Source: Nitrososphaerota archaeon
GTDB lineage: Archaea > Thermoproteota > Nitrososphaeria > Nitrososphaerales > Nitrosopumilaceae
NCBI GenBank assembly: GCA_028867755.1
Contig: JAGWFT010000001.1
Coordinates: forward strand, 324,727-388,726
Length of the DNA: 64,000 nucleotides
Direction: 5' to 3'
Positions 26,994 through 37,435 of the stretch are shown in pieces. The translations under genes and the position numbers were made by a program. Every line of letters starts with the position of its first letter. Position 1 is the first letter of the stretch. Under the pieces are notes generated by a model. It was not told the origin of the DNA and made no database searches. It saw only the letters and a program-made list of their open reading frames with translations.

Positions 26994-28049
26994 AATCGCA
27001 GAAAAAATCTCTTGAAATTTTGCAATAAACTAGAATGCGATACGCTTGTTGCCTTTGAGCCTGAGAACCTCTTTTACATGACTGGATTTTGGGGAGAAGC
27101 TATAGGGATACTTGACAAGAGTGGTGCTACGATAATTGCGCCAGAGCTTGAGGTGGGACGCGCAAAGGAAGAGTCGGTAAACTGTAGGGTGGTAAAATCC
27201 GAGCGCGGCAAGGGGTCTATTTCCACTCTTATTGATGTTATCAAAGGCAGAAAGATCTGCACTGACACAAACAACTATGACATGGTATTATCTCTCAAGA
27301 AGAGCCTGTCGCGGGTAAGGTCAACAACTGAGCCATTCTACCAGGCACGACAGGTAAAGGACCAGGATGAAATTGGTATACTCAAAAAGTGTTCGTCGAT
27401 ACTAGACGAGATGTATGAGCTCTGTGTGGATGAAATCAGGATAGGCATGTCAGAGATGGAGCTCCAGACCATATTGATGTCGTATGCGATGGAACGCGGT
27501 GCATTTGCAACAGGATACAAGTCCACACTCCAGCCGTTGATTATAGCTGGAGGACCAAACAGTGCACTTCCACATGCACAGGTAACAGAGCGTAGGTTTC
27601 AGGATGGTGATATGATTGTGGCAGATCTTACACTACGACACAAGGGGTATGTCTCTGATGCGACAAGAACATTTGGATTGGGCAATGTATCAGCAGAGGC
27701 AAAAAAAGTATATGATATTGTAAAAAAATCACAGGAGGCAGGTCTGCGAGCAGTAAGACCTGGTGTTTCTTGCAAGTCAGTTGACGATGCATGCAGAAAG
27801 GTGATATCAAAAAAAGGATACGGAAAATATTTCATCCATTCGACAGGACATGGCATAGGTCTTGAGGTGCATGAGCTGCCAAACCTTGGGCCATCAAGTC
27901 AAGCTGTATTGTCAAAGAACATGGCAATAACAGTAGAGCCTGGAATCTATCTTCCAGGGAAATTTGGTGTGAGAATTGAGGATTCGTTGATTGTTGGAGC
28001 AAAACCTAACGTGATGCACAAGTTTACAAAAGAATTGATTGTTGTTTGA
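26988..28049 (+). CDS. Xaa-Pro aminopeptidase (M24 family)
   Basis: GYVSDATRT, HSTGHGIGLEVHE, TVEPGIY, GVRIED. Confidence 0.93.
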   Translation: MQNRRKNLLKFCNKLECDTLVAFEPENLFYMTGFWGEAIGILDKSGATIIAPELEVGRAKEESVNCRVVKSERGKGSISTLIDVIKGRKICTDTNNYDMVLSLKKSLSRVRSTTEPFYQARQVKDQDEIGILKKCSSILDEMYELCVDEIRIGMSEMELQTILMSYAMERGAFATGYKSTLQPLIIAGGPNSALPHAQVTERRFQDGDMIVADLTLRHKGYVSDATRTFGLGNVSAEAKKVYDIVKKSQEAGLRAVRPGVSCKSVDDACRKVISKKGYGKYFIHSTGHGIGLEVHELPNLGPSSQAVLSKNMAITVEPGIYLPGKFGVRIEDSLIVGAKPNVMHKFTKELIVV

Positions 28050-28095
28050 TGATCCTTTTCAGATTGCAGTAATGCTGGTCAAATAATCAGAATCA

Positions 28096-28392
28096 TTAAA
28101 AATTGTCACTAAATTTTTTCATGCTGGCATTAACGTTGTCCTGAGCAGATGGGCTTTTGGGCTTGTACTCATTTTTATGAATGCGCCTTGCCATCTTTTT
28201 CTGGTGTTCCTCCCTAGAATGTGCCAGCCTGTCTGTCTCATGTATGAATTCCTTCCCGCACTGGTCGCATTTTACAATGTCATGGTGGTGTACATGGCGT
28301 GCATGATGTATCAATTCATCATAGCTTGAGAATTTTTCCTTGCATTGCTCGCATTCATTTTTCTCTTTATGAAAAAGGTTCACTTGTTTCAT
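28096..28392 (-). CDS. C2H2-type zinc-finger protein
   Basis: CEQCKEKF...LIHHARHVH and CDQCGKEF...LAHSREEH. Confidence 0.85.
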   Translation of the reverse strand: MKQVNLFHKEKNECEQCKEKFSSYDELIHHARHVHHHDIVKCDQCGKEFIHETDRLAHSREEHQKKMARRIHKNEYKPKSPSAQDNVNASMKKFSDNF

Positions 28393-28481
28393 ATTCTAAC
28401 TGTGTCTATTAAATCGGTATGATGATTCTCTTCAAATGACAGGCAAGCAGAATTTTTTAGTTAGCTTGTGTATATGATAAC

Positions 28482-28604
28482 ATGAATTTTGGCCTTTGTC
28501 CCTTTTGCAACTTGCACAGGGAACTTGGCTCATACCACTCCAAAAAATATGGCAAGACAGTTGAGATATGCAGTGACTGCTACAAATCAAAACAGCTTGA
28601 TTAA
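28482..28604 (+). CDS. 40-aa CPxC...CxxC small zinc-finger protein, not in ORF track
   Basis: Hand translation MNFGLCPFCNLHRELGSYHSKKYGKTVEICSDCYKSKQLD. Confidence 0.55.
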   Translation: MNFGLCPFCNLHRELGSYHSKKYGKTVEICSDCYKSKQLD

Positions 28605-28673
28605 TCAAAAAAAATTGGAAATGAACTAATTTATACATTTGATTAGAGAAATATTGTTCATGCGTGATATTGC

Positions 28674-30290
28674 ATGAGTAGCACAAATTCTGCCTCAGAG
28701 AGTCCACTAAAAAACACCCTGTATAGATTTCTATGGGTTACAATGTTTGCATCAGACATAGGCGCTGCCATGCAAACTGTTGGTTCTGGCTGGCTGATGA
28801 CGTCACTTGTCCACTCTCCTCTCATTGTAACACTTTTACAAATGGTTACAAGCTTGTCAATATTTCTGCTTGCACTTCCGGCAGGAGCTCTTGCAGATAT
28901 TGTTGACAGACGTAAACTATTCCTTGCCACACAATATTTCTCACTTGCAGTAGCTGCAACCTTGAGCATCCTTACCTTTGGAGGTTTTACCACGTCTTCA
29001 ATTCTTGTTGTGTTTACCTTATTGCTTGGCATGGGTAATGCAATGAGCTTACCTGTAAATATCGTAATTCAAACTGAGATTGTGCCAAAGAAAAAAGCTC
29101 TTGCCGCATTGACTTTGTTTAGCGTGGCAATTTACATCGGACTTGCAGCAGGTCCACTCCTTGGTGGCCTGGTAGTTGCTGCAGCAGGACCATGGGCAGT
29201 CTTTACGTTAAATGCACTCTCCTTTGTTGGAATCATTGTTTTTCTTCACAGGTGGCGTAAACCGCCAGAGCGTAAACTTCTTCCACCTGAGCAAGTAATC
29301 GGAGCTATTCGTACAGGATTGCGGTACATGCGTCATTCATTGCATGTACGTGCACTATTTGTTCGCGACTTTTCATTGACAATTTGTGGCAGTGCATTGG
29401 TATCGCTCTTGCCTCTCTTGGCTCGTAATGAGGCAGGTTCAAACTCAATTCTTTTTGGAATTCTGATTGGTGCATTTGGCATAGGAGGAATGATCAGTGG
29501 CCTACTGATAGTACCACGCATAAAAAATACCTCAATAGAAAAACGCGTAACAAGTGCGACAATTTTGTATGCGGTTGCAATGGCAGTCTTGTCATTCCAG
29601 CATAACATCATCATTGTGTTTGTTGGAATATTTGCAGTTGGAATTGCACTGATTGTTATAACATCTAGTTTGAATTTTGTTGCGTACAATTCTGTAGCAT
29701 CATGGGTAAGAACACGTGTAGTCTCAGTTCACCAGATGATGTATTGGGGCGGGGTGGCTTTTGGTAGTATTGTATGGGGAATTGTTGCAGAAATTTGGGG
29801 AATTCCAACTGCATTGCTTGCCGCAGCAATTGGATTAGTAATAGGTCTTGCCATCTCAACTCGTTACAAACTAAAACCACACACTGACGTAGACATGACT
29901 CCATCAATGCATTGGTCTATGCCACGTGCGATGATTGACATTGATGACCACGAGGAGGGATTAGTATTAGTAGAGATGGAGTTTCAGATTGATCCAGCAC
30001 GTTCACACGAGTTCGAGTCTGCAATGAACGACGTACGTTCTCTAATATTGCGTGATGGTGCAATCAATTGGGAATTGTTTCATGATATTGAAAATCCAAG
30101 TCGCTATGTTATGATGTTTACCTCAGAATCCTGGACTGAACATTTGCGCCAGCATGAACGCATAACAAAGGCAGATTTAGCCATTGAGGAACACGCTAGA
30201 TCATTTCATATAGGAAAAGATCCTCCGCGTGTTTCCCACCTCATTAGTGAGAATACTTTCAAACCAAATCCTAGGCATGAAAAAGAATAG
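28674..30290 (+). CDS. MFS transporter (MFS_3/DUF894 type) with C-terminal soluble alpha/beta domain
   Basis: LPAGALADIVDRRKL motif A, 12 TM segments, C-terminal ...SWTEHLRQHERIT. Confidence 0.88.
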   Translation: MSSTNSASESPLKNTLYRFLWVTMFASDIGAAMQTVGSGWLMTSLVHSPLIVTLLQMVTSLSIFLLALPAGALADIVDRRKLFLATQYFSLAVAATLSILTFGGFTTSSILVVFTLLLGMGNAMSLPVNIVIQTEIVPKKKALAALTLFSVAIYIGLAAGPLLGGLVVAAAGPWAVFTLNALSFVGIIVFLHRWRKPPERKLLPPEQVIGAIRTGLRYMRHSLHVRALFVRDFSLTICGSALVSLLPLLARNEAGSNSILFGILIGAFGIGGMISGLLIVPRIKNTSIEKRVTSATILYAVAMAVLSFQHNIIIVFVGIFAVGIALIVITSSLNFVAYNSVASWVRTRVVSVHQMMYWGGVAFGSIVWGIVAEIWGIPTALLAAAIGLVIGLAISTRYKLKPHTDVDMTPSMHWSMPRAMIDIDDHEEGLVLVEMEFQIDPARSHEFESAMNDVRSLILRDGAINWELFHDIENPSRYVMMFTSESWTEHLRQHERITKADLAIEEHARSFHIGKDPPRVSHLISENTFKPNPRHEKE

Positions 30291-30327
30291 AAAAGCCCTG
30301 TCTATGTCGTACAAGTGAGAAATAAAA

Positions 30328-31794
30328 ATGAAAGAAAATCAAGATGGCACAGAGCCAAGCAAGAATAATTCTGTGGTTCCCGTCTCATCTTCTGCATGGC
30401 TTTCCCTTGCTATCATTTGTGGGCTTGCTCTTGTTACAATGTATGGCGAGACGATGGTCCTGCCGGCTATTCCTGACTTTATCCGAGATTTTGGCATCTC
30501 GTACAATACATCGTCTTGGATTCTTTCTTCATATCTGATAGCAGGCGCGGTAATGACGCCTATTGCAGGCAAACTTTCAGACATCTATGGCAAAAAGAAG
30601 ATACTCCTAATTGTGATGATGATATATTCTGCAGGAATTTTAGCAGGAGGATTTTCAAACTCATTGCCTTTTTTGTTATCCGCTAGGATTGCACAAGGTG
30701 TAGGAATATCGATGTTCCCAATCGCATTTGGTATAGTACGTGATATTTTTCCAATTCAAAAGCTTGGAATGGCCCAAGGAATATTTACTTCAACATTTTT
30801 TGGAGGCTCTGTAATAGGCCTCATAGCTGGTGCAAAAATAATTTCTGATTATGGCTGGCATGCAACTTTTTTTTCTGTATTTCCTATAGCAATAGTATTG
30901 GCTTTTATAATGAACAGGTTCATTAATGTAAAAAAAACAGAACAAGAAGATACAGAGGCAACGGGAATAGATGTCAAGGGCACGTTAGCGCTATCTTTTA
31001 CGGTAGTCTTGTTTTTGATGGGCCTGTCTTTTCTTCAAGACATAGGCTCTGGGAATCTGGATTCTCTGGGCTTTTTTGCAGGATCCGCTGTATCGCTGAT
31101 AATTTTTGCAAGTCTTGAAAAAAGAGTTGCCCATCCACTAATTGATCTAAAGGTGCTTTCAGACAAGGTACTTTTGCCATCCAATATTATCATGATTATA
31201 GTTGGAGTTTCCACATTCATGGTATACCAAACCATACCAATACTGATACGCAGCCCAAGCCCCCTTGGCTTTGGCGGTGACGTAATAACAGTAGCAGAAG
31301 TTCAGCTACCGTTCATGATTGTCTCCCTTGTAGTATCTGCAGCAGGAGGCTTTTTCCTCTCAAGGATAGGAAATTTCAACCTCACAGCACTTGGAACAAC
31401 AATCTGTGCAGTTGGATTTTTTAGCATACTGGCATTTCACTTTACCGAATCTACAATATCTGCTACATTGGCAATAATCTCGGTAGGACTGTCATTTGCA
31501 ATTGTAGGTGGTTTTAACATAATTCTAATGTCATCGCCTCAAAAGGTACAGGGAATATCTCTTGGCATGTCTGTATTGTTAATGCTTGTAGGAAACTCGC
31601 TTGGGCCTTCACTTGCAGGCATGTATCAGCAAATGTATCGGGATACAATACCAAATCTTTCTGGCAGCTTTCCGTCTGCGCAAGCATACGATCAGATATT
31701 TCTAACTGCCGCATTGTTATCCGTAGTTTCAGTTATTTTTGCAATCTCATTACGAAAAAAGATGGGAACAAAAACTAGCATGGTCTTAGGTTGA
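30328..31794 (+). CDS. MFS transporter (14-TM drug:H+ antiporter-like)
   Basis: GKLSDIYGKKK, ARIAQGVG, about 14 TM segments. Confidence 0.88.
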   Translation: MKENQDGTEPSKNNSVVPVSSSAWLSLAIICGLALVTMYGETMVLPAIPDFIRDFGISYNTSSWILSSYLIAGAVMTPIAGKLSDIYGKKKILLIVMMIYSAGILAGGFSNSLPFLLSARIAQGVGISMFPIAFGIVRDIFPIQKLGMAQGIFTSTFFGGSVIGLIAGAKIISDYGWHATFFSVFPIAIVLAFIMNRFINVKKTEQEDTEATGIDVKGTLALSFTVVLFLMGLSFLQDIGSGNLDSLGFFAGSAVSLIIFASLEKRVAHPLIDLKVLSDKVLLPSNIIMIIVGVSTFMVYQTIPILIRSPSPLGFGGDVITVAEVQLPFMIVSLVVSAAGGFFLSRIGNFNLTALGTTICAVGFFSILAFHFTESTISATLAIISVGLSFAIVGGFNIILMSSPQKVQGISLGMSVLLMLVGNSLGPSLAGMYQQMYRDTIPNLSGSFPSAQAYDQIFLTAALLSVVSVIFAISLRKKMGTKTSMVLG

Positions 31795-31865
31795 GACGCA
31801 AAGGTTGTATCAGCAAGTAAATTGTTAAAATATTAAAATAAGAACCGTTTGAATACTATCCAAAA

Positions 31866-32084
31866 TTATGTAATAGTACTACAAAATTCCAGGCAATCGA
31901 TAGTTCTCAAAGCATCGTATTGCCTATAAGTCAACCACTCTAGAAATTCTGTGCCTACATATTTGAACTTGAAGCGAACCAAAATTTTCCTTCTACTTGA
32001 TGATTTTGTCATGGTTTGAAGAAATGCATCTAGTTGTGCCTTGTCAGCAGATTTTTCATCGATCAAAACTTTATCCGTACTCAC
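31866..32084 (-). CDS. Hypothetical protein
   Basis: 72-aa ORF filling the intergenic gap; no recognised motif. Confidence 0.55.
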   Translation of the reverse strand: MSTDKVLIDEKSADKAQLDAFLQTMTKSSSRRKILVRFKFKYVGTEFLEWLTYRQYDALRTIDCLEFCSTIT

Positions 32085-32180
32085 ACCATCTGGTCTGTTT
32101 TTCGAATTATTTGTACACCAGTATGTCGCATTATACTATGACACAAAATCTGACAGAATTACTTATAATCTGATATTCTT

Positions 32181-33416
32181 CTAGGCAAATTTTCTAAATC
32201 GATGTTCTATTTCACGGCAAACAAATCTTGCAATCTTTTCCTTGTCCTTCCATCCTGATACTGACTCCTTTTTAGAGTCAACCACAACTACATTGTTTTT
32301 CTCTGGATTTTTTCTATATTTTTTTCCAATGTCATTTGCAATTATTACATCAGCACGTGATTCCTGAAGCTTTTTGCGCGATAAAGCAATCAACTTTTCC
32401 TTTGACACGTCAGTCTCTGCCTTGAATCCTACAAGAAAGACACTTTTCTGAATCTTTTTTATCTCATTTATGATCTTTGGCACTTTTCTTAGTTGTATAA
32501 TCATCTTGTCAGGATCGCTCTTGACCTTTGTCTTGCTTGGATTCTCTACAGTATAGTCAGAGACTGCAGCAGCCAGCACAACAATATCAAATCTCTGCCT
32601 CATCTCATGTCTTACTGCTTCTAGCATCTCCCTGCTAGTTTTCACCCTTACAACTTTTGCCCCCTTGGGAGCATGCTCTGTACCTGGGCCATAAACAAAG
32701 GTGACTTTGGTTCCAGATGAGACAAGCTCCCTTGCAAGCAAAACGCCAGTCCTGCCTGTACTCTGGTTGGTTATGACACGGACAGGGTCAATGTATTCAA
32801 TGGTAGGCCCTGCAGTAATCAGAACTTTTTTTCCTTGCAAGACAGATGATGCACCATATTTTTTCAATATAAAATCCAAGATTTTTTCAGGCTCGGCAGC
32901 CTTTGCTTTTCCCTCGACAAACTGTGGAGAAATAAACTGCACCTTGTCTTTTAGGAATTTGATGTTCTTTACAACGGCTGGATTCTCGTACATTGCCTGG
33001 TGCATGGCAAGTGAAACCATGATGGGAATCTTTGAGCCAAACCCAACACTAAGTACAGTAGAGATTGGAGTGTCATCAATACCGTTTGCAAGTTTTCCAA
33101 GTGTATTTGCAGTGCATGGATACACCACAATCAAGTCAGACTGCTTATAGTCTGCAACCTTGATGTGTTCAAGATCGCCTGTAAGTTTTGTAATCACTTC
33201 GTTTCCAGTTGCCCACTTGAAGTAACTTGGCTTTATCAAGTCAGTTGCGGCCTTGCTTGCAACACATGTAACATTTCCGCCATGTCGCATCAAGAGCCTT
33301 GCAAGCTCTATTGCTTTGTATGCAGCAACACTTCCTGTTATGCACAAGACAATTTTTTTCCCGACAAGCTCAGAGCCGTCAGAGCTTACAATATCAAGTG
33401 ACGGATGTTCACGCAA
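32181..33416 (-). CDS. coaBC: Bifunctional phosphopantothenoylcysteine decarboxylase/synthetase
   Basis: GSVAAYKA, PCTANTLGK, TAGPTIEYIDPVRVITNQSTG, GFKAET. Confidence 0.95.
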   Translation of the reverse strand: MREHPSLDIVSSDGSELVGKKIVLCITGSVAAYKAIELARLLMRHGGNVTCVASKAATDLIKPSYFKWATGNEVITKLTGDLEHIKVADYKQSDLIVVYPCTANTLGKLANGIDDTPISTVLSVGFGSKIPIMVSLAMHQAMYENPAVVKNIKFLKDKVQFISPQFVEGKAKAAEPEKILDFILKKYGASSVLQGKKVLITAGPTIEYIDPVRVITNQSTGRTGVLLARELVSSGTKVTFVYGPGTEHAPKGAKVVRVKTSREMLEAVRHEMRQRFDIVVLAAAVSDYTVENPSKTKVKSDPDKMIIQLRKVPKIINEIKKIQKSVFLVGFKAETDVSKEKLIALSRKKLQESRADVIIANDIGKKYRKNPEKNNVVVVDSKKESVSGWKDKEKIARFVCREIEHRFRKFA

Positions 33417-34257
33417 TCTCTTTTCTCAACCTTTCAAGTTCTGCTTTGTCAATAGAAAACGAATGTTCCTGTGATGGAAACTTGCCAGACACCACATCGT
33501 TCTTGTAAGATGTAACAGCCTTTACAATATCTCCAGCAAGCTCAAGGTATCGCTTGGCAAATTTTGGCTTTATCTTTTCATACAGGCCAAGTACGTCATG
33601 AACAACAAGCACCTGTCCGTCGCAGTCAGGCCCAGAACCAATTCCTATTGTCGGAATACTGATTGATTCTGTTATTATTTTTGATACCTCTCTTGTTACC
33701 ATTTCAAGTGCAATGCTAAAGGCGCCGGCCTCTTCGAGTGTCCGGGCATTCTGGATTAGATTGAGAGCGGCATCCTTTGTCTTTGCCTGCACCTTATAGC
33801 CCTCCTGCAGCGTGGTAGTCTGCGGCTGGAATCCAATATGTCCCATGACAGGTATGCCGATATCAACAATTGACCTGACAGTATCTTTTATCTCAATTCC
33901 GCCTTCCAGCTTTACTGCATCGGCCCCCGCCTTGACAAGCCTGCCAGCATTCTCAATTGCCTGCGACTTGCTTGCCTGGTATGACATAAACGGCATATCA
34001 GCTACAACCATTGCGTTCTGCCTACCCCTGCCCACTGCCTCTGTAAAAAAACACATCTGCTCCATCGTGACAGGTATGGTGTTATCATAGCCCAGCATCA
34101 CCATTCCCCCGCTGTCTCCCACAAGCAGGATCTCAATTCCAGCTTTATCGCAAAGCTGTGCAGTGGTGTAATCGTATGCAGTAATTACAGTAATCTTCTT
34201 GGAGCCCTTCATCGAGGTTATGTCTCTTACAGATTTAGGCATGTGCCATTCTCCCAA
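33409..34257 (-). CDS. panB: 3-methyl-2-oxobutanoate hydroxymethyltransferase
   Basis: TAYDY, LVGDS, ADMPFMSY, VKLEGG, GIGSG..CDGQVLV. Confidence 0.96.
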   Translation of the reverse strand: MGEWHMPKSVRDITSMKGSKKITVITAYDYTTAQLCDKAGIEILLVGDSGGMVMLGYDNTIPVTMEQMCFFTEAVGRGRQNAMVVADMPFMSYQASKSQAIENAGRLVKAGADAVKLEGGIEIKDTVRSIVDIGIPVMGHIGFQPQTTTLQEGYKVQAKTKDAALNLIQNARTLEEAGAFSIALEMVTREVSKIITESISIPTIGIGSGPDCDGQVLVVHDVLGLYEKIKPKFAKRYLELAGDIVKAVTSYKNDVVSGKFPSQEHSFSIDKAELERLRKEIA

Positions 34258-34981
34258 GATTGTTTTTTATTGCAAGTATGGACTGGCTTAGGTTCTTCTT
34301 GTTGTCAAACTTGGAATTTTTATCCAGCCTAGATTTTTTCATATTTTTACAAACTAGAATTAAAATCTGCATTCCTCTTGTTACATTATCAACGATGGTG
34401 ATATCAGCAGTCTGTGCAGTGCGTGACATTGGGTTGAGATCAAATGTTATCACTTTTTTTCCAAATTTTTTCAGAGCAGCAGTTCTGTCGCCATCTTCCA
34501 GTGGTACCAGTACGACATCTGCAATGAATATGCCACGCTCGTCAACAACTCTTCTTTTGCTGTCAAGGTTTGGAATCTTTTGTGAAAACTTGGCATCAAG
34601 TCCCAGAACCTCTTTTGCGCCATTTTTTTTGAGTTCTAGTGCTATTGCATTTTTTCTCTTTTTGCTTGCATAAAACAGGTTGACTTCGATCTTGGCTCCA
34701 GTCACTTTTGCAAGCAGGACAATCTCTTTTGGGCAAAGAGCTGCAAGGTTGCCATTTACTGATATGACAGGCCTTTTTGCCAAGAGCAGCATGCGTGAGG
34801 CAGCTTTTATTGCCTCATGAGAGGTTTTCAAGGTCTTCTCGCCTATGATATAGTCAAACATCTCACCTCTGCCATGGGCCAAGAGGCCTTCTTCTACAAC
34901 CAAGCCCTCTCTGTATCCGCGAACCAGCTTCTCTCTTATGTGCAGGGATGCAGCCCTGGGATGAGATCTTGGAATAAGCAC
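34235..34981 (-). CDS. 4-phosphopantoate-beta-alanine ligase (phosphopantothenate synthetase)
   Basis: IPRSHPR, AHGRGEMFDY, VPLEDGDR, DLNPMSRTA. Confidence 0.92.
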   Translation of the reverse strand: MLIPRSHPRAASLHIREKLVRGYREGLVVEEGLLAHGRGEMFDYIIGEKTLKTSHEAIKAASRMLLLAKRPVISVNGNLAALCPKEIVLLAKVTGAKIEVNLFYASKKRKNAIALELKKNGAKEVLGLDAKFSQKIPNLDSKRRVVDERGIFIADVVLVPLEDGDRTAALKKFGKKVITFDLNPMSRTAQTADITIVDNVTRGMQILILVCKNMKKSRLDKNSKFDNKKNLSQSILAIKNNLGRMAHA

Positions 34982-35868
34982 TAGGATGCTCTAGCTCCGC
35001 TCTTGTCAATCTCTGTCTTGATAATTATTCCATCATGATATTTTTCTAAAATTTGTAAAATCTGTAATTCTTTTGTCTTTGGTACTAGTGTAAACACGGT
35101 CTCTCCAAACATTGCAATGCCGCACTTGAACCCATGTTGTTGCAGGTCGTCAATTACCTGTTGCATCTTTGGGGTAATCACTCCAACATATTTGGCAAAC
35201 TCAAGCGACATGTCCAAAAACTCCATCTGGTCCCTTGACTTGAGAAGTTTTGTAACCATCTTTCCGCCAAGACCGTTTATCTTTGAAAGATGTGTGCCGA
35301 TGAATTTCTTTGTAGATATTGGGGAAAAACAAATTACAATTGCAGAATAATCAGTGTGAATCTTTTTCAGACTGCCAATTCCAGGTGCACCATGTTTTGT
35401 TCTTATCTCAAAGCCCCCATGATATGATGATAACACAGTGCCAAGCCCCGTCTTGCAATAAATCTCTGCATTGTGAGCTATCTGTCCGACCTGTGTTCGA
35501 GAAAGATTTGTTTCAAGTGCCTTGTTTAGTGCAAATGCCAAGCTTAGTGCAACAGCACCGCTAGAGCCCAACCCATAGCCCACCGGAATCTCGCTGTAAT
35601 GCTCTATGTCAAAAAAATAATTTTCTTTGACAAGTTTCAAAAATTCTTTTGCGACAAACTCTGACACCTGTGTGTTGTCAGACTTGTAACCAGTAACAGT
35701 TACTCTAAAACCAGGTTTGTCAGATGTTGTGACCTTTACTTTGGTTGTAACGCCTTCCTTTATGCAAAATCCTGCACCGATAGAGCCTTTCAGCTCCGGT
35801 CGTGTTGGCTCTACTTCTGCCTTGAAAAAGCCAGTTATGTGACCCGGTGCAAAGGCTGCTGCCTGCAT
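34981..35868 (-). CDS. Pantoate kinase (GHMP family)
   Basis: FAPGHITGFF, GSIGAG, PVGYGLGSSGA, AMFGETVF; in the CoA operon. Confidence 0.9.
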   Translation of the reverse strand: MQAAAFAPGHITGFFKAEVEPTRPELKGSIGAGFCIKEGVTTKVKVTTSDKPGFRVTVTGYKSDNTQVSEFVAKEFLKLVKENYFFDIEHYSEIPVGYGLGSSGAVALSLAFALNKALETNLSRTQVGQIAHNAEIYCKTGLGTVLSSYHGGFEIRTKHGAPGIGSLKKIHTDYSAIVICFSPISTKKFIGTHLSKINGLGGKMVTKLLKSRDQMEFLDMSLEFAKYVGVITPKMQQVIDDLQQHGFKCGIAMFGETVFTLVPKTKELQILQILEKYHDGIIIKTEIDKSGARAS

Positions 35869-35930
35869 GATGAGTTTAAATTTTGATAAAAATATAAAAA
35901 TGACGATTATATTATTTATACTAGTATAAA

Positions 35931-36908
35931 TTGACTAAATTCATTCGACGCCTGCAAAAGATAGGCAGCAGCATCCTGGTATCATTGCCAATAGAGTGGA
36001 TAGAATCAAACAAGCTTGAAAAAAGCGATGAGGTGGAAATTGAGACTGGAACCAATAGCATCTCAATTGCACCAATTGGAAATAGCAGATCTCTCAAGGA
36101 GGTCGTGATACAATATCCAGTATCAAGGGAAGAAAACATCAGTGCAGACATTACGGGTGCCTATCTTCTTGGATATGATATAATCAAGATAAAAGGAAAA
36201 TCCTCAATCTCAATTGGAGACAGGGAAAGAATCCGTGGCCTCATGCGCAGGCTGGTTGGCATGGAAATTGTTGATGAGGACGCCACAAATGTTAACGTAC
36301 AGTTTCTCTTGGATGCTACAACTCTCAGTCCTGACAAGATCTTAAAGAGGATGAGCTCAATTTCACTGGGCCTATTTCGAGATACAATAAATTCTCTTAC
36401 ATCTGACGACAAGACTGTACTGCAGACAATCTCAAGCAGAGACGACGAGATAGACAGACAGTATTTTCTGCTTGTCAGACTAATTCGCAGCGCAATGGTA
36501 GACAAAAAACTTGCAACAGCATTTAATCTTGGAAACATTGACATCTTGGACTATAGAATTGCAGCAAACTTGATGGAAAGTGCAGGCGATACGATTGTAG
36601 AACTAGCAAATTCCATACCTGAGCTTGGAGACTCCAAGATAGAGTCAAAAAAGCTCCATGCACTGGCAATGGAAATAGAAAACATTCATGAGAAATCCAT
36701 TACCTCGTTTATAGAAAACAACAGGTTGCTTGCAATCGAAGCCATCAAGTTGTTTAGAATATATCAAAAAAAGATCTCCGACATACGATCTTTGGTAGAA
36801 CCAAAAAAGCAAGTGTCTATACAGTTTCTGGACTTGGTGTATACGCTTGAAAAGCTTGCACGATGCTGGTCTGATACTGCAGATCTGGTAAAACCAGTCT
36901 ACACGTAA
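35931..36908 (+). CDS. AbrB-PhoU-type phosphate uptake regulator
   Basis: N-terminal RRLQKIGSSILVSLP (AbrB-like), DDEIDRQYFL, PhoU helical repeats. Confidence 0.85.
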   Translation: MTKFIRRLQKIGSSILVSLPIEWIESNKLEKSDEVEIETGTNSISIAPIGNSRSLKEVVIQYPVSREENISADITGAYLLGYDIIKIKGKSSISIGDRERIRGLMRRLVGMEIVDEDATNVNVQFLLDATTLSPDKILKRMSSISLGLFRDTINSLTSDDKTVLQTISSRDDEIDRQYFLLVRLIRSAMVDKKLATAFNLGNIDILDYRIAANLMESAGDTIVELANSIPELGDSKIESKKLHALAMEIENIHEKSITSFIENNRLLAIEAIKLFRIYQKKISDIRSLVEPKKQVSIQFLDLVYTLEKLARCWSDTADLVKPVYT

Positions 36909-37411
36909 ATTTTCTTTTTCATTGCATATGTAAGCACTGCACAGATAGTTTTTGAATCTGTAATTTTTCCTGATAAAATCATCTTTAACACTTTTTTAAA
37001 ATCAATCTTTACAACAGATAGTATCTCATCCTCGTCTAACTTTAGTCCTGATACCCTCTTGAGCCCAGATGCCACAAAGCAGTGGATTATCTCCATGTTA
37101 TACCCTATCGAAGGGTAATACTTGACAAGCGGGATCATCGTCTTTGCCTCATAGCCTGTCTCTTCTTTTAGCTCCCTGAACGCACATTTTCTTGGTTTTT
37201 CGCCTTTTTTCAGTGTACCAGCAGGAATCTCAAGAACAAACCCATGAGGAAACCTGTGCTGTTTTACAAGGAGCAACTTGCCGTTTTCTATAGCAAGCAT
37301 GGCTGCAGCACCTGGGTGCTCAATTACCTCTCTTGTTACCTTGCGTCCCTTGAGTGATATTTTGTGAACGCTTAGGGAAAGAACTCTGCCTTGAAAGATT
37401 TTCTTTCGCAT
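36899..37411 (-). CDS. NUDIX hydrolase (ADP-ribose pyrophosphatase-like)
   Basis: EHPGAAA, EIPAG...AFRELKEETGY Nudix box. Confidence 0.92.
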   Translation of the reverse strand: MRKKIFQGRVLSLSVHKISLKGRKVTREVIEHPGAAAMLAIENGKLLLVKQHRFPHGFVLEIPAGTLKKGEKPRKCAFRELKEETGYEAKTMIPLVKYYPSIGYNMEIIHCFVASGLKRVSGLKLDEDEILSVVKIDFKKVLKMILSGKITDSKTICAVLTYAMKKKIYV

Positions 37412-37435
37412 TGAATTAGTGATGGATATATTATG

